Positions 34,377 through 42,106 of a DNA stretch of 60,432 nucleotides are shown piece after piece. The stretch's first letter is position 1. Each line of letters begins with the position of its first letter. Source of the stretch: an uncultured Bdellovibrionales bacterium (GTDB lineage Bacteria; Patescibacteriota; Minisyncoccia; Moranbacterales; UBA1568). Position numbers and translations under genes: made by a program. The stretch spans positions 1-60,432 of the forward strand of contig CAYUIR010000003.1 in the NCBI GenBank assembly GCA_964444815.1, read 5' to 3'. The notes under the pieces are model-generated. The model worked only from the letters and a program-made list of their open reading frames with translations. It was not told where the DNA came from and ran no database searches.

Positions 34377-35783
34377 ATGACTACATCTATGAATGAACAA
34401 CCAATAACATTCTTCAATTTTAAACCAAAGAAAATTGAGGAGCAAAAACAGACGGAACTGGTCGCTCCAACAGAAGTTGCCCTTGAGCCTGAGGTGCAGG
34501 AGCGTCTCGCTGAAATGAAGGGTTCTGCAAATCGCTATGCTTGGATAATTGCCGATGCTGTGGCTAGTGATATCGAACCAACTCCAGAATTATTGGCTGA
34601 ACTACTCATTAATCAAAAGCACGAATTACCTCATTTGGTGTCGGGCGTTATGGAGCGAGCTTGCAATTTGCAGTGTGCACACTGTTTGTATCAAGAAGAA
34701 AAAAGTAGTGCGGTAGTTTCGGAAGAAGCTCATTTGGGCGAACGAATTATCAATATTGTTTCTCAAATGCCCATCCAGTCTCGGGAACTAGGGGCGGAGT
34801 ATAGTCCAAAATTTTTGTCCATTGGTCGTATTTTGAGACCGTGGCATCTTGATGTATTTACTGAACTGCGTCGTCTTCGTCCGGATGTCAGACTTGGAGT
34901 AATTGATAATGGTAGTTACACCAAGATTTTGTCAAAGTGGCCAGAAGACTTCAAGTTTGATTGGATGGATATATCAGTGGATGGTGTTGAAGAAAGTCAC
35001 AATGAACAACGCCAGTCGCCCAAGGCATTCGCGCAAGCAGTAGAGGGATTGAAGCGAGCCCGTGAAGTCACCAAGTCTCCTGAAGAAGATGGCCAAGTCA
35101 GCTCGCTTTTGACGCTGACTAAAATCAATGCACATGACATTGAAGCAGTGGCTGACGCACTTCTCGTGGTTCCTGATGGTGAAGTCTTGCCACTGGCGGA
35201 TAAGTTCAATATCACGACCGTCGGCCCGACCAATGAGATTAACCGGAAGCTCGAGACGGATAACGAAGATTTCCAGGCGGCCTGGGGACAGATTAAGAAT
35301 GTGTGCCAAAAGTACAATCATGATGGAAAGAAGCGGGTTGTCTTTGGTATTTACCGAATACAAGATATTGAAAAACTAGCAGTCGCGGTTGGTGAAAAGA
35401 GATTTCTTGAGGCCTTTACAGCAACGGAAGACTCGCTACCAATCGCAGGAGAAAGAAATTTTCTTGATTTGGAATTTGATGGTGTACCTATTCAATATCA
35501 GCCGCTGTCAATTTGGACTCCAGAGGAATTTCCGATAGATGCCGATGGATCGTACTTGGCTGCATATGCAGTGAAACATACGATAGACGAGTTGCAATCC
35601 GGCAGAGCGAAGGATGGCACAGATACGTCGGCGTATACCTTCGAGAGACTGACCGAAAAAACCGATTTTCGAGAGAGCTTCGAGCGTGCTGTGGATGCTT
35701 ACTGGATGAGATTTGGGAAACAACGTCTACAGGACGAAATAGCGGCATTCAAACGGATTCGTGAGAAAGCGAAGAGTCAGTAG
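34377..35783 (+). CDS. radical SAM enzyme (single CX3CX2C cluster, no obvious SPASM Cys-rich tail), ~90-aa N-terminal extension
   Basis: ERACNLQCAHCLY (Cys96/100/103), GRILRPW (GGEP-like) and ISVDGVEESHNEQRQ, typical of the MoaA/PqqE-like radical SAM core. GGAG RBS 8 nt upstream. Confidence 0.8.
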   Translation: MTTSMNEQPITFFNFKPKKIEEQKQTELVAPTEVALEPEVQERLAEMKGSANRYAWIIADAVASDIEPTPELLAELLINQKHELPHLVSGVMERACNLQCAHCLYQEEKSSAVVSEEAHLGERIINIVSQMPIQSRELGAEYSPKFLSIGRILRPWHLDVFTELRRLRPDVRLGVIDNGSYTKILSKWPEDFKFDWMDISVDGVEESHNEQRQSPKAFAQAVEGLKRAREVTKSPEEDGQVSSLLTLTKINAHDIEAVADALLVVPDGEVLPLADKFNITTVGPTNEINRKLETDNEDFQAAWGQIKNVCQKYNHDGKKRVVFGIYRIQDIEKLAVAVGEKRFLEAFTATEDSLPIAGERNFLDLEFDGVPIQYQPLSIWTPEEFPIDADGSYLAAYAVKHTIDELQSGRAKDGTDTSAYTFERLTEKTDFRESFERAVDAYWMRFGKQRLQDEIAAFKRIREKAKSQ

Positions 35784-35810
35784 TCGAAGAGAAATTGAAT
35801 AAAAACCAAA

Positions 35811-35850
35811 GAGGGGCGCCTCTCATGGCACCCCTTCTTTTCTTTTGGCG
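35811..35850 (+). terminator. intrinsic terminator-like hairpin after the radical SAM gene
   Basis: AGGGGCGCC-TCTCAT-GGCACCCCT (one mismatch), followed by TCTTTTCTTTT. Confidence 0.5.
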
Positions 35851-35879
35851 GAACATATTTACTACACAAGGAGAGCGAA

Positions 35880-36242
35880 ATGAATGTTGACCAAGTGAAA
35901 CAGTTGATCGATCGAGTGGGCCCGCATATTGATGTGCGCTATGACTACACTTATGGACCGCAGTTTCTCGAAAGCCGGTCTGACATCTGCATCGTTAAAC
36001 GACTGGTAGAGAACGGATCGAGCTACGGGTATGACACGCTCTATTTGGTGTGGGAGAGTGCCGGAAAACTTCAATACCAGCTGATCGACGACACTCAGTC
36101 GAGCAAGGACTACCTCCACATCGAGAGCCTTCAAGAAGAAGGGGACGTTATCGTTGTTGTATATCGAAACGGAGGGAGTTTCAGCGGTAGACCTGGAAGT
36201 ATGACGCGTCGTTTCAAAAAACAGCAGCTGGGACTTGTATGA
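35880..36242 (+). CDS. hypothetical protein (120 aa)
   Basis: AAGGAG RBS 6 nt upstream. Sequence MNVDQVKQLIDRVGPHIDVRYDYTYGPQF... I recognise no family. Confidence 0.5.
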   Translation: MNVDQVKQLIDRVGPHIDVRYDYTYGPQFLESRSDICIVKRLVENGSSYGYDTLYLVWESAGKLQYQLIDDTQSSKDYLHIESLQEEGDVIVVVYRNGGSFSGRPGSMTRRFKKQQLGLV

Positions 36243-36251
36243 ACAAGTAGC

Positions 36252-36289
36252 AAAAAGCGTCGTGGGAAATCCTACGACGCTTCTTCTTT
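36252..36289. terminator. bidirectional intrinsic terminator, repeat copy 1 (identical to 39148-39185)
   Basis: AAAAAGCGTCGTGGGAAATCCTACGACGCTTCTTCTTT. 12-bp stem AAGCGTCGTGGG/CCTACGACGCTT, loop AAAT, A-tract 5' and T-tract 3'. Confidence 0.75.
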
Positions 36290-36292
36290 TTT

Positions 36293-37099
36293 TTACTTGG
36301 CCATTTCCCAGAGCATGAGAAAGAATTGCTCGTAGTTTTTGGCGACAACTGGGGACTTTACCGCGTAGATGAGTGGGGGATTGAGAAAGCTATAGAAACT
36401 AACCGAGTCTTTTCGGACGACCATATGCGCCACTCCTTGCGGTAATTGCTTCATAAAGCGGTATTCCTGGTTTGAGTAAATTCCAATAAATTGCTTGTAA
36501 TAAGGCTCTTCATTGATACTTCCGATGTACTTTACCCCGATGTTTTTCTTTTTCTTTTCGTTCAAGTAGCGCTTGAGAAGTGGCCCCATAGTCTTGGTAA
36601 AGCCATCCGAAGCTCCACCGATGATGTATTCAAAGTCTCCCGCGTCCATTTTTTCGACGTTCTCCATTTCAAACCTCCGGATCGCTTCTTCTCCCTGAAT
36701 TACTTCAAAATCCTGTTCGTAGCCGAGGCGGGAGAATGTTGAGAGTTCATGGACGAGCTGTTCTGCTTCGACCAGCTTGCGTTTGGCAATCTTCTCGATT
36801 TCACCCTGAGAAACGGCTTTGTAGCGAGATTGTTTGCCACGGGGAATTTCGATGATCAGGCCGCGTTCACGGAGCATTGGCAGGGCAGTATAGACGTACT
36901 GGCGGGGAATACTAGCCTTCTTGGCGATGTCTGAACCACCAAGCTCTCGTCCGGCCTCAAGGAGAGCTATATAGACTGCGGTTTCGCTTTCAGATAGACC
37001 AAAATCCTGGAGCATGGTAGCGGCTCGCTCGTGTTCCGTAAGAACGGATTTTTCCGGCATTTCTCCCGGTACGCAATTTTGTGATTCTAAATCCGTCAT
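36293..37099 (-). CDS. TrmB-family winged-helix transcriptional regulator (module 2)
   Basis: FGLSESETAVYIALLEAGRELGGSDIAKKASIPRQYVYTALPMLRERGLI. Same architecture and length class as TrmB-1. Confidence 0.75.
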   Translation of the reverse strand: MTDLESQNCVPGEMPEKSVLTEHERAATMLQDFGLSESETAVYIALLEAGRELGGSDIAKKASIPRQYVYTALPMLRERGLIIEIPRGKQSRYKAVSQGEIEKIAKRKLVEAEQLVHELSTFSRLGYEQDFEVIQGEEAIRRFEMENVEKMDAGDFEYIIGGASDGFTKTMGPLLKRYLNEKKKKNIGVKYIGSINEEPYYKQFIGIYSNQEYRFMKQLPQGVAHMVVRKDSVSFYSFLNPPLIYAVKSPVVAKNYEQFFLMLWEMAK

Positions 37100-37172
37100 A
37101 AATATATATACAGTATATCATATTATGGCTTTTTGTAAAGTAAATTAGTATATAAATAATGACATATTATAA

Positions 37173-37201
37173 TTGACAGTATTAGTATTTTCTGCTATAC
37201 T
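37173..37201 (+). promoter_or_regulatory. near-consensus sigma70 promoter P2, divergent from TrmB-2
   Basis: TTGACA (37173-37178), 17-nt spacer, TATACT (37196-37201). Confidence 0.7.
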
Positions 37202-37204
37202 ATG

Positions 37205-37256
37205 GAGTCAAGCTGAGAGAACGTAAGTGAGTCGAAGCTTGAAATCAGTTCTTTGA
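37205..37256 (+). promoter_or_regulatory. conserved leader motif, promoter-proximal copy 2
   Basis: GAGTCAAGCT-[21 nt]-AGCTTGAAAT-CAGTTCTTTGAAA. The stem TCAAGCT/AGCTTGA covaries with copy 1 (C-G versus U.G). Confidence 0.55.
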
Positions 37257-37376
37257 AAAGTCTCCCACTTAGGTCTTAGAGTAAAGAGGGTGATGCATAG
37301 TCCTTTCCATCCTAAGACCTAGGCGCACCTCTTGATCGACTCATGTGAGTAACGAAAGATGATGTGAAGGAATGCC

Positions 37377-37739
37377 ATGAGTACCTGCTGTAGCTTTAAA
37401 CTTTGTCTCATGACTGCGGAAATAGGTTTTGCAGTTTCGAACGGAGGAATGGATGGAGAGTTTAAGACATATGTAGTTCGGTATCGTCCGGCATCTCAGC
37501 ATCCTATTTGCGTTCCACACGCGTGGAATTACCGCACGGAGGAGTTGCATCAAACTTCTTCTCACCCATTGGCGCAAGGCGCCATCCTTCCTATGTCAAA
37601 TGACGGAAAGGGAGAAAAATCTTCTTGGGCAGAGGCATTTCCCATGTTCGTTGACCCAAAATGGAACTCATTTGAACATGAGGCAATGGTGGACATCCTG
37701 AATAAGGTTATCAAAGAAGGGAGGATGACCTTGGGCTGA
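37377..37739 (+). CDS. hypothetical protein (120 aa)
   Basis: ORF with a GAAGGA RBS-like element upstream. Cys-rich N-terminus (MSTCCSFKLC). I recognise no family. Start uncertain. Confidence 0.45.
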   Translation: MSTCCSFKLCLMTAEIGFAVSNGGMDGEFKTYVVRYRPASQHPICVPHAWNYRTEELHQTSSHPLAQGAILPMSNDGKGEKSSWAEAFPMFVDPKWNSFEHEAMVDILNKVIKEGRMTLG

Positions 37740-37758
37740 ATTAAGTCGTAGCTGGTAG

Positions 37759-37850
37759 GTTCCGGAGAAGTGTTGAACCTGACGCTTCTCCTCTCCATCA
37801 AGTTTTCAAACAAGCGGTTTGAGGACTCGTAGAGAAAAGTACATTGAAAA
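37759..37850 (+). promoter_or_regulatory. conserved intergenic leader motif, copy C
   Basis: GGTTCCGGAGAAGTG-TTGAACCTGA-CGCTTCTCC, then TCTCCATCAAGTT. Hairpin TCAAAC-AAGCG-GTTTGA: a different sequence from A/B at the same position with the same fold. Followed by GGACTCGTAGAGA. Confidence 0.6.
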
Positions 37851-37882
37851 TCTGAAATCTCGTATACGAAGGAGTTGGCACC

Positions 37883-37936
37883 ATGCATAAGCGCATAGCG
37901 CCTGCCCTCTCGTATACGAGCGCACTCTCTGACTGA
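37883..37936 (+). CDS. possible mini-ORF (17 aa): MHKRIAPALSYTSALSD
   Basis: GAAGGAG 8 nt upstream. Not similar to P1/P2. Overlaps one of two TCGTATACGA palindromes, so it may be regulatory DNA instead. Confidence 0.25.
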   Translation: MHKRIAPALSYTSALSD

Positions 37937-37974
37937 AGCCTATCGGCGACGGAGAGCAGTGCGAGGAGAATGAC

Positions 37975-38259
37975 ATGATGGGCCAACGAGTTTTTGTTCT
38001 GATTTCGTTTAAAAACCTGCCTTATTTTGAGAGGCGAGAGGAAATCCACGGAGTCACTACAGACGAATCATTCGCTCAGAAATGGGTGCTGGAACCCGTG
38101 CAAAAAGGTGCAATGCTCTGGGAAGTCAAAAAAAGTAACGGGCTGTGGTGCAAATTTGCCTGCAATGAGAACTGGGAGGCTGGTAATAAGTTCTATGAAA
38201 GAAGCTATGCGAGTCTTATGCTAGACTTCTCATTGCCTAAGTTATCCCGAAACGGATAA
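37975..38259 (+). CDS. hypothetical protein (94 aa)
   Basis: AGGAGA RBS 5 nt upstream of the ATG. I recognise no family. Confidence 0.5.
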   Translation: MMGQRVFVLISFKNLPYFERREEIHGVTTDESFAQKWVLEPVQKGAMLWEVKKSNGLWCKFACNENWEAGNKFYERSYASLMLDFSLPKLSRNG

Positions 38260-38306
38260 AAAACATATTCGCGTTACTTATCCGCTTATAGATAAGTCAA
38301 TCAATT

Positions 38307-38343
38307 GGCAGTTGCTTAGTATAGCAGCTGCCGGTTTTCTTTT
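38307..38343 (+). terminator. intrinsic terminator
   Basis: GGCAGTTGC-TTAGTATA-GCAGCTGCC, followed by GGTTTTCTTTT. Confidence 0.7.
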
Positions 38344-38380
38344 GGTATAATTGATAAGAAGATTTATTATCTATAGCCCT

Positions 38381-39109
38381 ATGTCATACGAACTGCAAGT
38401 AAATCGAGAGACGGGCGCATACGATAAATCAACCGCGGAAAAGTATACGGCCGGACAAGAACAATTTTTCGGGGTGGAAAAAGTAGAAGATGGCGCGACG
38501 CTCGCTATGGAAGCTGAGATTGTAAAAATTCGTGAGGTGCAACCGATTGAAACGTTATACGATCTTGGTGCCGGGTCGAACCGTGACTACTTACGGAGGT
38601 GGTTGAAGGTATCAGGTGCAAGTGCGGTTATTGGTGTCGAGCCATCGGCTCACATGCGGGCACTTTCGGAGAAAACAAAAAATGAGAGCGAACCGATTAC
38701 CGTCGTTGAAGGGGATTGGTATAATACAGGATTGCCAGATGCTTCAGCTGATATGGTAGTTTCACGGTTTTCGTTCCATCATCTGCGCGATATTTATGAG
38801 GGATATACGGAGCTCGTCCGTATTTTAAAGCCCGGTGGTTATGCGGTAATTTCGCTCCCGCACCCGAAATACTGTGCCGCAGAGCTCCGGAAGAAAGCAG
38901 AGGAGCCAGCCGAGGGGAAGTCAATGTCAGTGCAGGTGTTCGATACCACGCTCCATTATTACTATCACGATGCCGAAGCTTACCTCGGAGCAAATGCCGC
39001 TTCGGCCGGGCTGGAAGTAGTTGAAACTAAGTCGTTCAATTGGGGAACGAAGGACGCCGCAGCCGCATCGATCCCAAACACGCTTCTCTTCGTCTTGAAG
39101 AAGAAATAA
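38381..39109 (+). CDS. class I SAM-dependent methyltransferase
   Basis: Motif I LYDLGAGSNRD, an acidic loop, and post-I/II motifs VVSRFSFHHL and LKPGGYAVIS. ATG at 38381. TATAAT at about 38346. Confidence 0.8.
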   Translation: MSYELQVNRETGAYDKSTAEKYTAGQEQFFGVEKVEDGATLAMEAEIVKIREVQPIETLYDLGAGSNRDYLRRWLKVSGASAVIGVEPSAHMRALSEKTKNESEPITVVEGDWYNTGLPDASADMVVSRFSFHHLRDIYEGYTELVRILKPGGYAVISLPHPKYCAAELRKKAEEPAEGKSMSVQVFDTTLHYYYHDAEAYLGANAASAGLEVVETKSFNWGTKDAAAASIPNTLLFVLKKK

Positions 39110-39147
39110 AAAAAGAGTGAGCAGGAGAGTGATAATTGTTGTATATA

Positions 39148-39185
39148 AAAAAGCGTCGTGGGAAATCCTACGACGCTTCTTCTTT
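39148..39185. terminator. bidirectional intrinsic terminator, repeat copy 2 (identical to 36252-36289)
   Basis: The same 38-nt string AAAAAGCGTCGTGGGAAATCCTACGACGCTTCTTCTTT. Confidence 0.75.
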
Positions 39186-39190
39186 ATAAG

Positions 39191-39910
39191 CTAGGCGCGG
39201 TTATCCCACACTTTTTGGACATCGGGATGATCGTCGAGAGTCTCAAGGAGCTTTTCGAGAGCAGGGAGGTCGCTCTCGGTGGGAGTGGCGGTTTGCGAGG
39301 GGACATAGCCGAGCTCCGCACTTTCACAAATCATATTCTTATCACGGAAATATTCTTCGACTGACTGTAGCTTATCGATGGCTGTGACCACCACAAACAC
39401 TTCATCGGTCACGAAGAAATCATCAGCCCCAGATTCGAGCGTTTCGTTCTCGAGTGTCTCGGCCGAATATTTCTCGAGCGAAAAAGCGATGAGACCGACG
39501 CGCCGAAACATAAACGACACAGCACCAGTCGGGACGAACTTGCCGTTCCCTTTGGTGAGAATGCTCTTCACTTCGCTCACCGTGCGGTTCTTGTTGTCGG
39601 TCGCGGTTTCGATGATGAGAGCGACTTGGCCCGGGCCGTAAGCTTCGTAGGTGAGTTCTTCGATCTGAGCGCCGTCTTTCAGTTCGCCGGTACCGCGCTT
39701 GATCGCCCGGTCGATGTTGTCCTTGGGCATGTTGACGGTCTTGGCAGCGTCGATGGCCATCTTGAGTGAATAGTTGCTATCAGGATTGCCACCACCAGCG
39801 GCGGCAGCGATGATGATATTGCGACCATACTTGGTGAAAACAGCGGCACGCTTGGCGTCGTTCACGCCTTTGGCGCGATGGGTTGTGGCCCAGTGAGAAT
39901 GTCCCGACAT
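39191..39910 (-). CDS. yebC: YebC/PmpR family DNA-binding transcriptional regulator
   Basis: MSGHSHWATTHRAKGVNDAKRAAVFTK... is the canonical YebC N-terminus. Confidence 0.92.
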   Translation of the reverse strand: MSGHSHWATTHRAKGVNDAKRAAVFTKYGRNIIIAAAAGGGNPDSNYSLKMAIDAAKTVNMPKDNIDRAIKRGTGELKDGAQIEELTYEAYGPGQVALIIETATDNKNRTVSEVKSILTKGNGKFVPTGAVSFMFRRVGLIAFSLEKYSAETLENETLESGADDFFVTDEVFVVVTAIDKLQSVEEYFRDKNMICESAELGYVPSQTATPTESDLPALEKLLETLDDHPDVQKVWDNRA

Positions 39911-40127
39911 AGGAGTGGCAGACCTGTGATTTTGGCGTATTTCGTCGTTGCAATCTCTAGTACTCGCCGCGGTACCAACACAAGTACCGCTTACTCTGTG
40001 CTTCGATTGCGCCTAGAACTACGCTCAAAATCGCGCGTCTTTACGTTAGAAGATAGAAAAATACCTCTTGAACAAGAGGTATTCTAGCCGAAAATGGCGG
40101 AAAAGAAAAGTCTGGGTCGAAGGAAGA

Positions 40128-40703
40128 CTATTTCCCGAGGGCGACGGCGATGTCGTGCATCTCGTCTTTGCTTGCGTCCCGCGACAGGGTCATGACCCGA
40201 TCCTTGATCTTGAAAGGATCGCCCACCTGTCGAAAGATGAAGCGTTCCTGCTCGGCCGCCGTCTGGACGTAGACGTCACCAAAATTGAGCATGGTTGGGA
40301 TGAGGCCATCGACCGAGGCAGTGACATCTTGGACTCGGGAAAAGCGCAGTTCACTGATGTGCCGGTTGAAGAGGCCCTTCTGCTCAATGTTCACGATGCG
40401 CTCGTTCGTGACCACCCAGACATCGAAGTAGTAATCGATCCAGACGAGGAAGCTGTAGAGCCAGAGAAAGATAAGGAGCGTGTTTTGGGCGAAGGAGAAG
40501 AAAGGGAGGTTGGCGAGGGTGGAGGCTTCGGGAAAGATGATTGGGAAAATCGACATGCTACCGAGGAGAAACAGGGAGAGAAAAAACACCGAGATCAAGT
40601 GGACGATGATGTTGAACCAGTGACGATGAATCACCATGAGAATCTGTTCGTTCTCATGTTGTCCCTGGAAATGGAAGCGACCAAAAGAGTAGTTGTCGGG
40701 CAT
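40128..40703 (-). CDS. membrane protein with bacterial PH (bPH/YdbT-like) domain
   Basis: Two TM helices followed by YYFDVWVVTNERIVNIEQKGLFNRHISELRFSRVQDV. The terminator hairpin AATACCTCTTG/CAAGAGGTATT lies at about 40050-40078. Confidence 0.6.
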   Translation of the reverse strand: MPDNYSFGRFHFQGQHENEQILMVIHRHWFNIIVHLISVFFLSLFLLGSMSIFPIIFPEASTLANLPFFSFAQNTLLIFLWLYSFLVWIDYYFDVWVVTNERIVNIEQKGLFNRHISELRFSRVQDVTASVDGLIPTMLNFGDVYVQTAAEQERFIFRQVGDPFKIKDRVMTLSRDASKDEMHDIAVALGK

Positions 40704-40706
40704 AGG

Positions 40707-40928
40707 TTAACGTGAAAAGACCGGCAGGAAATCATCGATCGGCAAAGCAAAGAAGAGCCAGGCATTGATGACGAGGAGGATAAAGAGGACCGAAACAAAG
40801 AGGGCAGTGCTCAGGATGGCTACTTTGCGGTTGAGGGAGTAACGGAGGAGGTGAAAGACGACAAAGAGCGCCGTCGCAACGTAACTAAAAAAAAGAAACG
40901 TGTAGAGAATACCAAAGAGAAGACGCAT
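40707..40928 (-). CDS. small membrane protein (73 aa, two TM helices)
   Basis: Hydrophobic ORF 4 nt upstream of the bPH gene. Confidence 0.45.
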   Translation of the reverse strand: MRLLFGILYTFLFFSYVATALFVVFHLLRYSLNRKVAILSTALFVSVLFILLVINAWLFFALPIDDFLPVFSR

Positions 40929-40978
40929 GATGTTCTGTTGATGTTGATACTCTCTATTGTATCATCGGTGCCCACTCC

Positions 40979-42010
40979 CTACAACAATTTATCCTGATGA
41001 TCGCGGGGCATCTTCATGCCGAGGTGAGCAAAGCCGGCTTCAGTGACGACACGTCCCCGAGGGGTGCGCGCGAGAAAGCCGAGTTGGATGAGATAGGGTT
41101 CGTAGACATCTTCGATCGTCTGGATTTCTTCGCCCGTGACAGCAGCCAGTGCCTGGATACCGGCGGGGCCACCTTTAAATTTGGTGATGAGAGTGTGGAG
41201 GATGTGACGGTCGGTCGGTTCAAGTCCGAGGTGATCGATTTCGTAGAGGTCGAGCGCTTCGCGGGCGAGGGCACCAGAGATGAGCTCTTGATTTTTCACT
41301 TCAGCGTAGTCACGGACGCGTTTGAGGATCCGATTGGCGACGCGGGGGGTTTGGCGGCTACTCCGTGCGATTTCGCTTGCCCCACTTTCGTCGAGGCCCA
41401 TGCCGAGGATGCCCGAAGAGCGCTTCACGATTTTCTCTATGTCCTCTGGCGTGTAGAATTCGAGGCGATGCGTAGAGCCAAAACGATTGCGGAGGGGATT
41501 CGAGAGTGAGCCGAGGCGGGTAGTGGCGCCGATCAGGGTAAAGCGAGGCAGGTCGAGCTGGATGGTACGAGCGGCCGGACCCTTGCCGATGATAATATCG
41601 AGTTTGTAGTCTTCCATGGCCGGATAGAGAACTTCCTCAATCATTTTGTTGAGTCGGTGAATCTCATCGATGAAGAGGACATCGCCTGGTTCGAGGTTGG
41701 TGAGGATTGAGCCTAAGTCACCCACCTTTTCAATGGCTGGACCCGAGGTCGCCTTGATACCCACGCCCATCTCGCGCGCGATGATATGAGCGAGGGTCGT
41801 TTTGCCGAGACCAGCTGGTCCGTAGAGGAGCACGTGGTCAATATTCTCGGTGCGTTTCTTGGCCGCCTGGATGAAGATATCGAGGTGCTTCTTAATCTTG
41901 TCCTGGCCGATGTACTCGTCGAAATGCTGTGGGCGGAGCGTGTTGTCGAGGTTCTGGTCCTCGGCGACCTTTTCCGGCTGGAGGGGAGAAGTGGGTTCGC
42001 TGTGAATCAT
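40979..42010 (-). CDS. ruvB: Holliday junction branch migration ATPase RuvB
   Basis: [18 protein letters not shown] Walker A, DEIHRL Walker B, and the RuvB C-terminal winged helix. Confidence 0.95.
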   Translation of the reverse strand: MIHSEPTSPLQPEKVAEDQNLDNTLRPQHFDEYIGQDKIKKHLDIFIQAAKKRTENIDHVLLYGPAGLGKTTLAHIIAREMGVGIKATSGPAIEKVGDLGSILTNLEPGDVLFIDEIHRLNKMIEEVLYPAMEDYKLDIIIGKGPAARTIQLDLPRFTLIGATTRLGSLSNPLRNRFGSTHRLEFYTPEDIEKIVKRSSGILGMGLDESGASEIARSSRQTPRVANRILKRVRDYAEVKNQELISGALAREALDLYEIDHLGLEPTDRHILHTLITKFKGGPAGIQALAAVTGEEIQTIEDVYEPYLIQLGFLARTPRGRVVTEAGFAHLGMKMPRDHQDKLL

Positions 42011-42071
42011 AAGAAAAGATGCTTAAACAAGGGAAAAAGAGACGTTTACTCTCATTACAGTATAGCACTGC

Positions 42072-42100
42072 TTGACAAAGAATGAAAGGCATGCTATTAT
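42072..42100 (+). promoter_or_regulatory. near-consensus sigma70 promoter with no protein gene downstream
   Basis: TTGACA (42072-42077), 17-nt spacer, TATTAT (42095-42100). Confidence 0.5.
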
Positions 42101-42106
42101 CAGGGG

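Noticed and set aside
33117-37850. Interpreting the repeated intergenic motifs as integron attC sites or as a CRISPR-like array
   Set aside because: There is no integrase. There are no GTTRRRY core sites. The repeats are not regularly spaced or uniform in length, and the sequences between them are full genes with RBSs. No CRISPR repeats occur anywhere in the window.
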